From a virus (Duplodnaviria > Caudoviricetes), in IMG/VR virus record IMGVR_UViG_3300025120_000040, positions 892 to 64,891 of that record: DNA of 64,000 nucleotides; one strand, written 5' to 3'. A program made the translations under genes and the position numbers. The notes under the pieces were generated by a model. The model was given only the letters and a program-made list of their open reading frames with translations, searched no databases and was not told where the DNA came from. Shown piece by piece: positions 8,885 to 18,135 of this stretch (position 1 is the first letter of the stretch; every line of letters begins with the position of its first letter).

Positions 8885-10152
8885 CAGTCTAACACCCTTT
8901 CATCTCTGCTTAATATTTTGGTTATATCCTGTCTTCTGATCTTGTCAATACTTTCTTGTCTCTGTTTTCCTTGTTTAGTTGGTGTAAAGGTTTCTCTATT
9001 CTTTAAATTTTTTATTACCTCTATTAATGCTCTCTGTTTTCGTGTGGCAAGAGGTTCCATGTATGCCAGTGCTTCATCGATGAGTGTGTGTAGCAGTTCT
9101 TTGGGCAGTGCTAATGGACTTAGAATCTCGTCATTACTAAAAGTAAACATAACTTTTGTTAATATCTCTGTGTCCAACTCTCTGCTTAAATCGAACATGT
9201 TTTTAAGTTCTAGTAAACCCGGCATTGTTATCGTATAGTCTAATCTCATCTCCCTGGCTGTTTTTGCCACTGCCATTCCTTCTTTGAAATTGCGTAACCA
9301 CTGCTCATAGTTTAATCCGTCTCTGATGTACTCGCCAACTTCTCCTGTTCCGTCCAGTGATGAACATATCTGCCAGTCTTGGAACTGTGGCAGTAAGTCA
9401 AACAGTTTAATTCCTTTGAATGATGTTCTACTTAGATTCGTGTTGTATCTCACATACACTTCTTTTGCGAATCCTAATTCTATTATTCTCTGCATGGCTT
9501 TCCAATGCATATCCCACATCAGAGGTTCTCCACCGCACCAGTATATTTCTTTTATTCTTTTTGTTTCTACTGCTTCAACAAACTCTTGTACAACCTGTGT
9601 GTCTTGAAATTTAATGATTTGTTCTCTCAAAGGTGATGCCATCCATGGTTGTGATTCTTTGGTCCATGTTTTGTTCTTCCTAGATTCTGCTTCCCAACTA
9701 CTACTTAACATATCACCGCACATCCTACATTTGAAGTTGCATAGGTTGTTGAATCTATAATCAAAACTGATTGTCTGCATTGTAGTTGCACCTGTTTCAT
9801 CTGTGCTGTCGTACGCTTCATCTACCCTGTCATTAAACAACTGATTCCAGTATGATCTGTATACATCTGTGTTTAACAGTTTGTGATCACACACTTCACA
9901 CTCTGACAGTTCTTCTCCTGCCATCATACGCAGTCTAACAGATTTCATATGCTCTGAATTCCAGTGTTCTTTCAGTGTTAGTGGTTTATATTCTTTAGCG
10001 TCATTGCCTGTGTCAATGTACTGTTTGAAACTTTGTGCAGGTTCTCTAGATGCACAACAAATACGTCTTTCTGTCTGCGGTGACAGATACGTGTGTGTCC
10101 ACGGTGCCATACAGAATGTTTTGTTACCTTCGCTAGGTTTAATTCTCTTCAT
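8869..10152 (-). CDS. radical SAM protein with N-terminal twitch domain
   Basis: CMAPW..ICC..CEVC, CNFKCRMC, GGEPL, YNTN. Confidence 0.92.
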   Translation of the reverse strand: MKRIKPSEGNKTFCMAPWTHTYLSPQTERRICCASREPAQSFKQYIDTGNDAKEYKPLTLKEHWNSEHMKSVRLRMMAGEELSECEVCDHKLLNTDVYRSYWNQLFNDRVDEAYDSTDETGATTMQTISFDYRFNNLCNFKCRMCGDMLSSSWEAESRKNKTWTKESQPWMASPLREQIIKFQDTQVVQEFVEAVETKRIKEIYWCGGEPLMWDMHWKAMQRIIELGFAKEVYVRYNTNLSRTSFKGIKLFDLLPQFQDWQICSSLDGTGEVGEYIRDGLNYEQWLRNFKEGMAVAKTAREMRLDYTITMPGLLELKNMFDLSRELDTEILTKVMFTFSNDEILSPLALPKELLHTLIDEALAYMEPLATRKQRALIEVIKNLKNRETFTPTKQGKQRQESIDKIRRQDITKILSRDERVLDWWTSI

Positions 10153-11422
10153 ACAATTCCTTCAATTCAGGAAATGTTTCAAGGATATTTTCGTCTCTGA
10201 TCACGTCCATCTTTTTCATTGTGTCTTTGAACTGTTGCATGTCTTTGCTGTTGTCTCTTCTCATCATGTAGTCCAACCCAGATTCAAATCCCTTGGTTGC
10301 CCTGGTGAGATTATCTAGAGGACGCAACCATTCTAGGTGTGACTCGATCTTCTCTTTGACTCTTTGTTTGTATGAGTCTGGTAAAAGATCAATCCTCTGT
10401 GCGTATGGATACTGCAATAAGTTGAAGTTGAAATCTTGTGGTTTCAATAATCCTTGATCTACCCAATTCCTGTGGAAGTCTGATATGTGTAATGCATTTA
10501 TAAGTCCAACTGTGCTTGATATGTAGAAGTCTACTTGCGGACAAACTTCTAACATACGTTTCCTGTTTGCTATTACGTCTTTCCACACAGTGCCTTTACG
10601 CATGTATTCTCCCCTGGCACCTTCTGCGTCTAGACTTGCACCTATCGATACTGAATCAAACTTGTTCCATAATTCCAACACGTCAATGTCTTTGTATTTT
10701 GTTCTTGTGAAGTTTGTGTTGTAAATTAATCTCACGTGATACATCTTACGTCTGTCCAATTCTTTTAATATCCTGTAGTGTTCTTCCATGATTATTGGTT
10801 CGCCACCTGCGAAGTAAAACTGTTCCACATGTTCGAACTGTTCCAACATCTGATCCCATATGTCATTACTGCTACGGCCAACTTTCATTATCTTCGCATG
10901 ATTGGGAGGAGAACCTGTAAGTTTTTTGTGATCTTCATACCAATTACTGCTGAACCATGTACCACAACTTCTACACGCTAGGTTACATAGGTTACTGAAT
11001 CTTATATCCCAATACTTTATGACGAAATCTGCTGTGCCATCTTCCTGTGTGTTCTCAACCATACCTATGTTGTGTCCAAAGTGTTTGTTCGAACTTAGAC
11101 GCAGTGAGAAGAACCCCGACTTCTCTTGATCATAACATTTCGTACAATGTTTGCTTGGCTTTGCGGCCAGCATGTTTTTCCTTATACCCTTCATCTCATC
11201 GTTGTTAAAGACTTCTTCCATTGAATTCTTGTTAAGATCACCAACAGGATATTTGTCCAATGCAAAACAACAAGGGTACGCTCTACCGTCAGGGAAAGCA
11301 TGTATGTGCAACCATGGCATCATACAGAATGTGTCATTGTCTATCAACAACTCCTTCTCTTTAGGAGTCATATCTTTGATCTTTAGTTTCTCAGGCTCTT
11401 TGGCGCCATAATCATATGCCAC
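10139..11422 (-). CDS. radical SAM protein with N-terminal twitch domain
   Basis: CMMPW..PCC..CTKC, CNLACRSC, GGEPI, YNTN. Confidence 0.92.
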   Translation of the reverse strand: MAYDYGAKEPEKLKIKDMTPKEKELLIDNDTFCMMPWLHIHAFPDGRAYPCCFALDKYPVGDLNKNSMEEVFNNDEMKGIRKNMLAAKPSKHCTKCYDQEKSGFFSLRLSSNKHFGHNIGMVENTQEDGTADFVIKYWDIRFSNLCNLACRSCGTWFSSNWYEDHKKLTGSPPNHAKIMKVGRSSNDIWDQMLEQFEHVEQFYFAGGEPIIMEEHYRILKELDRRKMYHVRLIYNTNFTRTKYKDIDVLELWNKFDSVSIGASLDAEGARGEYMRKGTVWKDVIANRKRMLEVCPQVDFYISSTVGLINALHISDFHRNWVDQGLLKPQDFNFNLLQYPYAQRIDLLPDSYKQRVKEKIESHLEWLRPLDNLTRATKGFESGLDYMMRRDNSKDMQQFKDTMKKMDVIRDENILETFPELKELYEEN

Positions 11423-12755
11423 TATACCATTCTCCTATTATTGGGAAAGTCTTTTCGAAGTTCTTTCCTGATCTTTTGTCGTATTGACTGTAAAACGCTT
11501 TGAAGTCTTTCTGTAGTTTACTTTGTTCGGCCGCACCTGCATGTGGTGTTTTGACAACATCTAAATAATCTATAAGTCTCTGTGTTTGGTTAGTTTCCAT
11601 ATGTTCTAGATGTTTTTCATTGTTATTTAAAAACTTTACCAAGTCTCCTTTAAATTTATTTCTTAGGTCATCGGGTAGCACAAGAGGTGATTGGAAGCTC
11701 GGGAACCGTAATATGTTCAATGTAAAGTTGACCTTCGGTCCATACACCTTACTTGCACTCTTGAACCATATTATCCTCTCTAGCAGTTCTGGCAACGACT
11801 CTAAACACAGTGCATTTATGGTACACATATTATGAATCTCTGATGGGACTTTATCAACCATCATGTGTAAGAAATTTGAGAACCATTCGCCGTAATCTAA
11901 TCCGTCTCTGATGTATTCGCCTTGTTTGTGTGTTGCTTCCATGCTGGTATACAGATGAAAGTTTTTAAATCCTTTTAGTTTAGTTTTGAATCTATCAATA
12001 ATGCTTTGCTTTGCACCCAGGTTAGAGTTGATTGCAATACGTATATCAGGATTCATTTTTTCACCTTGTGTTTCTATCCAATCTAACAGTCTCCACAAGT
12101 TGGGTGACATCATAGGTTCTCCACCTGTTATCCTCAGTTCATCTAAACTCTTGTGTAGGTCCGTTTCCCACCATTTGTAAAATGCTTCCACGTACGGATT
12201 TGTTTCGTCTTTCTTGTATGGCTCTGCACTTTCATGACTGTGTGTGAAGTGATTACGCCCATCTGTTTTCATATCTGTGTATGGTCCTTGCCTCTTGATA
12301 TTGTTTGCCCACGTAGAACTAAATGCAGGATTACAATATGTACAAGCAAAGTTACAGGTCCTATCGAATGCTATCTCCAGTGTCTTTAGATTGACATCTG
12401 TGTCAGCATCAGTTTTGTGTGCGTAGTCCAATGCTTCGTTTGTGAATATTTTTGATTTGTAGACCCTGTCGCTAATATTATCTCTTTTGATATCTTCTAT
12501 CTTCCAGCAGTATTCACACCCTTTTGGTCTGTCGCCGCACTGCATCTGTTTACGTTCTGCTTTCTTTTGTACTGTGTTGTGTATTGCACTAGGATTTGTT
12601 TTTATTGCTTCAAGATCAATCTTGTGCGGAAGTGGATGGTGACAACTTGTGGTCATACCACTACCCAACCATATTGTTGCATTATACCATTTGGCTCCGC
12701 AGAAACTTGCTGACTTAGGATCCAGTATTTGTTTTTTATATTCTAAATCGTTCAT
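11412..12755 (-). CDS. radical SAM protein with N-terminal twitch domain
   Basis: CGAKW..SCHHP..CEYCW, CNFACTYC, TGGEPMM. Confidence 0.92.
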   Translation of the reverse strand: MNDLEYKKQILDPKSASFCGAKWYNATIWLGSGMTTSCHHPLPHKIDLEAIKTNPSAIHNTVQKKAERKQMQCGDRPKGCEYCWKIEDIKRDNISDRVYKSKIFTNEALDYAHKTDADTDVNLKTLEIAFDRTCNFACTYCNPAFSSTWANNIKRQGPYTDMKTDGRNHFTHSHESAEPYKKDETNPYVEAFYKWWETDLHKSLDELRITGGEPMMSPNLWRLLDWIETQGEKMNPDIRIAINSNLGAKQSIIDRFKTKLKGFKNFHLYTSMEATHKQGEYIRDGLDYGEWFSNFLHMMVDKVPSEIHNMCTINALCLESLPELLERIIWFKSASKVYGPKVNFTLNILRFPSFQSPLVLPDDLRNKFKGDLVKFLNNNEKHLEHMETNQTQRLIDYLDVVKTPHAGAAEQSKLQKDFKAFYSQYDKRSGKNFEKTFPIIGEWYSGI

Positions 12756-14122
12756 GCGTTTTTACACTCCTCCCAGAATTCTTCCATCTCAGGGAAAGTG
12801 TTCAATAAGTTTGTTTGTCTTCTCCGATCGTGTTCGTTAAAAAATGCGTAAAAATTCTTTTTTTGTTGCGTACTTACGTCCGTGTTTTCTCGCCAGTATG
12901 CGAGATTGCGTTGCATTTTTTGAATCTCGAAGTCCTTGAATATGTGTAACCCGTTGTCCTCCCCGGAATGGTTCTGCATGTACTTAATGTTATCCTCATG
13001 TATGCTCTGGTACGCCTCCGGTAGCATCGTGATCTGTTGCCATGCGGGTTGCCTCAGCAGTGGCACATCGAACCACACTCTCTGGTAGGTCTTTGAGTAC
13101 TTGGTACGCAGTTCCAATATTTTCTCCAGCAGTTTATCCATGCTCGTGATACTTAGATTGTTGTATGTGCATATGAATGTGATGGAATTACGACCCGGGA
13201 TCCTGTCAAGAAACTCCTCCACGTTGTCCATCATGTAGTTGAAATCCAGGCCGTCACGTATGTACTCCGCACGTTTGCCAAATGCGTCAACTGACACGAA
13301 CTGCATCATGTGTTCAACCTTCTCCTGCATACATATCTCCTGTGCCATGTTGAAGTACTTCTCTTTCAACTTCTTGTCTGGTGGACACATGTTACTGGTC
13401 ACGTTGAGGTGCAGATCTTGTTTGGGATGATCTATTATGTACTGGAAAACCTTGTAGGTGTTCACGTCCATCATGGGTTCACCACCGGTCATACGGAAGT
13501 GCTTTAAATTCTTGTACAGTGTTGGCCACCACTTCCAGAAAGCGGTCACGTAAGGGTTCTCCTCCCTGTTGGGTATGGGCTTCCTGCGACCTTGGAAGTG
13601 CTCTGGTGCGTTGTGGGAAGGGGTGGTAGGATATTCGCCGTATCTGTCCACCTCCTTGGCCCACGTGGTCGAGAACTGTGGTGAACAATAACTGCACTTG
13701 AAGTTACAAGCGTTGTTGAAGTTCACCTCCACGTATCTCGGCGTCCAATGTTCGTCTATTGGATTCTTTCTAATATCCTCGAAGTCCTGCATGGCCCATG
13801 GCTCACCAGACCTGTAGTGCCTGTCTGACATCTCCCCGGTCTTCTCCATGTTCCAGCAGTATGAACAACCCTCGGGTTGTTCTCCCTGGAGCATCTGTTG
13901 TCGTTGATTCATTTTCTCTGCGGTGTTGTGCAGTGCGGCTGGATTGTTTTTCAACTTCTCTGCATCAATGTTGTGCAATGGTGGATGATAGCAACTGTTG
14001 GTCAGTCCCGTGGGCAGGTGCAGTGAGGTCTGATTCCACTTGGCCAGGCACATGGTAGGAGAAACTGTCTCGAGTATTTCCTTGGCCTTCAATGCGTCCT
14101 GTTTGTAGTTACTGGTACTCAC
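12752..14122 (-). CDS. radical SAM protein with N-terminal twitch domain
   Basis: CLAKW..SCYHP..CSYCW, CNFKCSYC, TGGEPMM. Confidence 0.92.
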   Translation of the reverse strand: MSTSNYKQDALKAKEILETVSPTMCLAKWNQTSLHLPTGLTNSCYHPPLHNIDAEKLKNNPAALHNTAEKMNQRQQMLQGEQPEGCSYCWNMEKTGEMSDRHYRSGEPWAMQDFEDIRKNPIDEHWTPRYVEVNFNNACNFKCSYCSPQFSTTWAKEVDRYGEYPTTPSHNAPEHFQGRRKPIPNREENPYVTAFWKWWPTLYKNLKHFRMTGGEPMMDVNTYKVFQYIIDHPKQDLHLNVTSNMCPPDKKLKEKYFNMAQEICMQEKVEHMMQFVSVDAFGKRAEYIRDGLDFNYMMDNVEEFLDRIPGRNSITFICTYNNLSITSMDKLLEKILELRTKYSKTYQRVWFDVPLLRQPAWQQITMLPEAYQSIHEDNIKYMQNHSGEDNGLHIFKDFEIQKMQRNLAYWRENTDVSTQQKKNFYAFFNEHDRRRQTNLLNTFPEMEEFWEECKNA

Positions 14123-15005
14123 GGTCTTGCACTCCCTTGTTTATGTGCGGAGGGATGACGAACCGATAGAACCTGCTGTCATCGTCATCGTACTCCGCAA
14201 TTGGCATGTCCAGTTGTTGCCTCAGGCTGTTACCGTACATCAACAGATCTGTGTCTATGTCTGTAGGTGACTGATCCTTGTAGTACAACTCCATGTTATC
14301 CAGATCACGTATCTTGAAATGCTCATTTTTGGCCTCTATCACTGTGTTGAAACAACCCATCCTCGCTCCCAACATGGCGTACTTGCCAAACTCTACGTCT
14401 GCACCCACTGTACACCAAGTGCTGAGTGTCCTCAGATTAGTCGGCCACACTTTTTGGAAATCATTGGCAGGTATGGGTTTGCCTTTGTTCGTACTCATTT
14501 TTACACCCTCCCTGAAGCCTGCCACAAAGGCCTGCTGTTCAGAACCATTTATTATGGTAGTGGAGTAACAGTTATGCAGATTCTCATGTGGCACACCCCA
14601 GCAGAAATCTATCTGGTTCTCCTCCGAGTCAGCATTCTCGTGTGTCCTCATGTTCAAGCACGTTTCCTTTGACCAACCAACTAGTCCTCCATTACCGTAC
14701 ACTAGCCCATTAATGTTATTTTTTGCTCGCCAACGATGAACTGCCTTGGGATCGGTCTTCGTCCAATCTAGGGTTTGTAATAAAAAAGTTTCATCAATAA
14801 CGTTGTCACCGTCAACACTTATAAAGAAGTCGGTCTCTGCCAACTCGGCCGCGGCCTTATGGGCGTTGTCAAACCCCACAACACCATCAACACGCTTGGC
14901 CCATGGCACCTTGTTCTTGAGATCCGCCCAATTCTCTTCCTTGTTGGGCTCCTTGAAACTGATGTACACGAAGTCCAGTTCGCTTATTCTCGTTCTATCA
15001 GCCAT
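14109..15005 (-). CDS. glycosyltransferase-like protein (GT-A fold)
   Basis: DFVYISFKEP...AKRVDGVVG...FISVDGDN (DxD motif), LVYGNGG. Confidence 0.7.
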   Translation of the reverse strand: MADRTRISELDFVYISFKEPNKEENWADLKNKVPWAKRVDGVVGFDNAHKAAAELAETDFFISVDGDNVIDETFLLQTLDWTKTDPKAVHRWRAKNNINGLVYGNGGLVGWSKETCLNMRTHENADSEENQIDFCWGVPHENLHNCYSTTIINGSEQQAFVAGFREGVKMSTNKGKPIPANDFQKVWPTNLRTLSTWCTVGADVEFGKYAMLGARMGCFNTVIEAKNEHFKIRDLDNMELYYKDQSPTDIDTDLLMYGNSLRQQLDMPIAEYDDDDSRFYRFVIPPHINKGVQDREYQ

Positions 15006-15286
15006 GCTTTGCCTCCTTCCACTATTCCTGTGGGCCAGTGTATGTCATCGTCTTGGAACACATATCCTTTTTTTGCTTCTTTTAAAACGCTGTATTGTGT
15101 TTTTGGTTTTGGCTTTGGCTTCAACACTATCTCACCATCTTTGATCATTAGCTCTTCTTCATTGTACTGTAGTGCCCACAACTTCTTGTCATGGGTCACT
15201 TCGTGTTCTACGCCATCAACAGTCACAAAAAGTTTCCTAGGTTCTCTCTTTGGCAGATTCGCCATTGCCTCAAAAAATCCTGGCAT
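14984..15286 (-). CDS. hypothetical protein
   Basis: ORF track 14984..15325; ATG 15286 (MPGFF) preceded by AGGAG. Confidence 0.7.
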   Translation of the reverse strand: MPGFFEAMANLPKREPRKLFVTVDGVEHEVTHDKKLWALQYNEEELMIKDGEIVLKPKPKPKTQYSVLKEAKKGYVFQDDDIHWPTGIVEGGKAWLIERE

Positions 15287-16064
15287 GTAACTCCTTGTTG
15301 TGATAGTGCCAAACTCTGCTGACACGTGTTTCGCCTATGTACACTGCATCTCCGGATCTGTTGGGATATAGATATTCGTTTTGATCCTTTGCCCTCATGG
15401 TATTGTTTACACCTGGTTTGTGATGAATGAATTTAAACCAATCATAATCTATAAGATCACAGGCAGTAGGATCCATAATCCTATATGCCAACGCAAACAC
15501 CACGTCTGTGCTAGGGTATTCGTCATGACACGAAATCAACATCTGTGTTTTGACCTGTTTCCAATTCTTCACTATGTGTTCTGCTATCTCATAGAATTTC
15601 TTTGCTTTTGCACTCCTACGGAAATACATCAATCCATTGTAGATATTGGGTAAATGGTTCCTCATGAACAATTTCCTGTATGGCGTTTGTTTTACAACAT
15701 TGTCCCGGTAGTCAAAACAGTCAACACTGAATACTAAATCGTGTTGCCACAGGTGATTCCACCACCAATCAGTGTTTGTGGTCCACAACATGTCCGCCTC
15801 CAATTTTATTGTGTGTGTAAAAGGTGTGAGACGGAACGCTTTGTACTCGTTCGCCCATTTGATATCGTGCAAGGCACTGTCGTCTTCCCCTATGACTTTC
15901 ACTACGTCAACGTGTTCGCTGGAAAATTTACTTGATTGATCTGTCACCACACATACCTTGTTGTTTTTGTTCCAACGTTTTATGCTCTTGGCCAAAGTTA
16001 TAGACAGTTCCACATAATCAACTTTGCCATTGTTCTGTGCGAACCAAAGAAATCCTTTAGACAT
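15270..16064 (-). CDS. glycosyltransferase-like protein (GT8/nucleotide-diphospho-sugar transferase-like)
   Basis: Start 16064 (MSKGFLWFAQN) after AGGAG; TPF.HTIKLEADM, YNGLMYF, TDVVFALA; paralog of 16057..16809. Confidence 0.65.
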   Translation of the reverse strand: MSKGFLWFAQNNGKVDYVELSITLAKSIKRWNKNNKVCVVTDQSSKFSSEHVDVVKVIGEDDSALHDIKWANEYKAFRLTPFTHTIKLEADMLWTTNTDWWWNHLWQHDLVFSVDCFDYRDNVVKQTPYRKLFMRNHLPNIYNGLMYFRRSAKAKKFYEIAEHIVKNWKQVKTQMLISCHDEYPSTDVVFALAYRIMDPTACDLIDYDWFKFIHHKPGVNNTMRAKDQNEYLYPNRSGDAVYIGETRVSRVWHYHNKELHARIF

Positions 16065-16809
16065 TGAATATCTCCTTGTTGAGTACATGGACATCTTGAT
16101 TTTGTACACAGGATATCTGATCATTGTATTTCCATGCAATACCTTCATTGGTCATCTCAACCACTTCGCAGTCTGGCGGCAGTGTTGCCAATGCAAATGG
16201 CATCTTTTCGTAGCCCACAAATCCGTTTATCTGTTGCAGTGCCATTGCGAACAGATAGTCATTACGTAGATTCTTGGCATATATCCTGTACATCTCGTTG
16301 AAGTAATTGTAGTTCTTCTTTATGTATTTTACCGTGTCAAATATCTTTCTGGTCTTTTCGTTTTTCTTGAACAGTAGCACAGTCGCCCACACCATGGGTA
16401 TCATGCTCCACTTCCTTTGATCAAACGTGTTCCTGCCTGTCAGATCATATGCTGTGTCTGGCACAAGGAAATCATATTCTGTGTCAAAGAGCTCTAACAA
16501 GTTGTCCGTGAAACAGAAATAATCGATGTCCATCACAAGCGTCTTGTCGTATGGAGAAAGTTCGTAGGCAAGATGCCTATCTACATTGTTCCAAGATTTT
16601 CCCAGTTTGGTGTTACCCAGTTCTGGTTCAATGAATTTGTAATTTATAAAGCCCAATGGTTTGATTTTACAGAAAGTTTCAAAGTTAGTCACTACGGTGA
16701 TTTCTACTTTGAGATTTTTCTTTACTAGGGCCACACACCTCTCCAGTATCTTGTGATACCGTGTGTGTTCTGTGTCAAAACAGAATAGTAATACTCCTTG
16801 CGTCATCAT
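16057..16809 (-). CDS. glycosyltransferase-like protein (GT8/nucleotide-diphospho-sugar transferase-like)
   Basis: SPYDKTLVMDIDY (DxD), WATVLLF, RNDYLFAMA, HVLNK. Confidence 0.7.
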   Translation of the reverse strand: MMTQGVLLFCFDTEHTRYHKILERCVALVKKNLKVEITVVTNFETFCKIKPLGFINYKFIEPELGNTKLGKSWNNVDRHLAYELSPYDKTLVMDIDYFCFTDNLLELFDTEYDFLVPDTAYDLTGRNTFDQRKWSMIPMVWATVLLFKKNEKTRKIFDTVKYIKKNYNYFNEMYRIYAKNLRNDYLFAMALQQINGFVGYEKMPFALATLPPDCEVVEMTNEGIAWKYNDQISCVQNQDVHVLNKEIFNV

Positions 16810-17123
16810 TCACCTTTTTTTGTAAAAGTTTCGTATATTTGGTGATATGCGTTCAAGGCCTCCTGGTTCCGTTCAATCAATCTTGCTAGGAAATCGTCTG
16901 CGTCTGTTATCTCAACTGGATTTTTATTTGTGTCCAGTATGAAAAACTTACTGCTGTTTTCCTTTAGTGTCCTCACAAGACATATTGTCCCAGGATCGGC
17001 ACGGAAAAGATTTCCATTATATGCCAGTACCTGTCGTGAGTGTGCTTTCTCCAGAGCGTTGCGTTTTGCGATCGCTATGTCGTAAGAAAGATCTGATTGT
17101 TTTTTGAGTTCGCGAATATCCAT
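16806..17123 (-). CDS. hypothetical protein (first gene of the enzyme cluster)
   Basis: ORF track 16806..17138; ATG 17123 (MDIRELKK) lies at the predicted transcription start. Confidence 0.7.
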   Translation of the reverse strand: MDIRELKKQSDLSYDIAIAKRNALEKAHSRQVLAYNGNLFRADPGTICLVRTLKENSSKFFILDTNKNPVEITDADDFLARLIERNQEALNAYHQIYETFTKKGE

Positions 17124-17129
17124 ACCACA

Positions 17130-17158
17130 ATTATACAATAATTATGGTTAAATTTCAA
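17130..17158 (-). promoter_or_regulatory. sigma70-type promoter of the enzyme cluster
   Basis: Minus strand TTGAAA (17158-17153), 17-nt spacer, TATAAT (17135-17130). Confidence 0.7.
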
Positions 17159-17174
17159 CCTGGTAAAATTATTA

Positions 17175-18131
17175 TTATGACTGCGAGTTACTAACCTGTG
17201 TGTTTGAACTTGATTGTATCGCCGCCGACAATCCGCCACCTGTTGTTGGATGTATTTCCGCCAACTGTAGTGTCATCGCTGGTGCTTCATTGGGGTTGGC
17301 CGGTGTACCTGCTGTGTTACCTGCAGTGTAAGTCTCGTCACCCGCTGGGTCTGATGCCACAGATTTGATAGTGATCACTGTTGCTGATCCAACTGACGCA
17401 TCCAACTTGGCAAATATCTCTAACGTGTCTGAAGTGTAACCCGAGTTGTTTGAAGTCAATTTACACAAAGATGTGTATGATGTACCCAGGTCATGGAAAC
17501 CAGTTGAACTAGCAAGACTAGTCTGTGTCTCACCTGAACCTGATCTCGAAGTTGCGTGTCCACTCATGTCAATGTTGCCCATGGCCGCTTCCAGTTCTTG
17601 GAACACAGTGTCCTTGTCACCGTCAGTTGAACCTGAAGTGCCTGGATTACATCTGATTTTTCCACCTGCGTTGAAGAAGTGTCTCATCTTGTCCGCATTG
17701 GCGAAGGTAACTGATCTCTCGATGGTTGATGTTGAGTTCCATGTTCCACTGTTGGTGCTTGTACTTAATGTGTTTGTAGTTACTGCTGATGTGCTTGTAC
17801 ATCCGCCGTTCACTGATGCCGCCAATGTTGCTAAATCTGCCGCAACCGCCGCCTTAATTTTGATAGGATCACCTGCTGTGATCTGACCTCTTGCTGTCAT
17901 TGTATCACCTGTGTGACCTGCAATGGTATCAACACCTGCAAGTAGAGTGTTCCACTGTGATGCGTTGATTGTTCCTGTCGCCGCTACCACTGTTGGAATG
18001 TGTGTTTGACCAAGACCGTAAGTACCTGAACCCGTTCCTGCGAAATGGTTGTATCCGAATGGACTTGAACTGTTGTTTACGAATATGTTGTACTCGTCAT
18101 CTAAAATTTTATCACCTGCTGTATATGCCAT
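17175..18131 (-). CDS. virion structural protein (tail/baseplate-associated)
   Basis: Ser/Thr/Gly/Ala-rich 318 aa starting MAY; FFNAGGKIR; located at the end of the fibre module. Confidence 0.65.
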   Translation of the reverse strand: MAYTAGDKILDDEYNIFVNNSSSPFGYNHFAGTGSGTYGLGQTHIPTVVAATGTINASQWNTLLAGVDTIAGHTGDTMTARGQITAGDPIKIKAAVAADLATLAASVNGGCTSTSAVTTNTLSTSTNSGTWNSTSTIERSVTFANADKMRHFFNAGGKIRCNPGTSGSTDGDKDTVFQELEAAMGNIDMSGHATSRSGSGETQTSLASSTGFHDLGTSYTSLCKLTSNNSGYTSDTLEIFAKLDASVGSATVITIKSVASDPAGDETYTAGNTAGTPANPNEAPAMTLQLAEIHPTTGGGLSAAIQSSSNTQVSNSQS

Positions 18132-18135
18132 ATTG

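Noticed and set aside
7706-14122. RiPP cluster with a precursor peptide
   Set aside because: No RRE/PqqD domain, peptidase, transporter or convincing precursor nearby; the neighbours are sugar-handling enzymes. Modification of structural proteins is not excluded.
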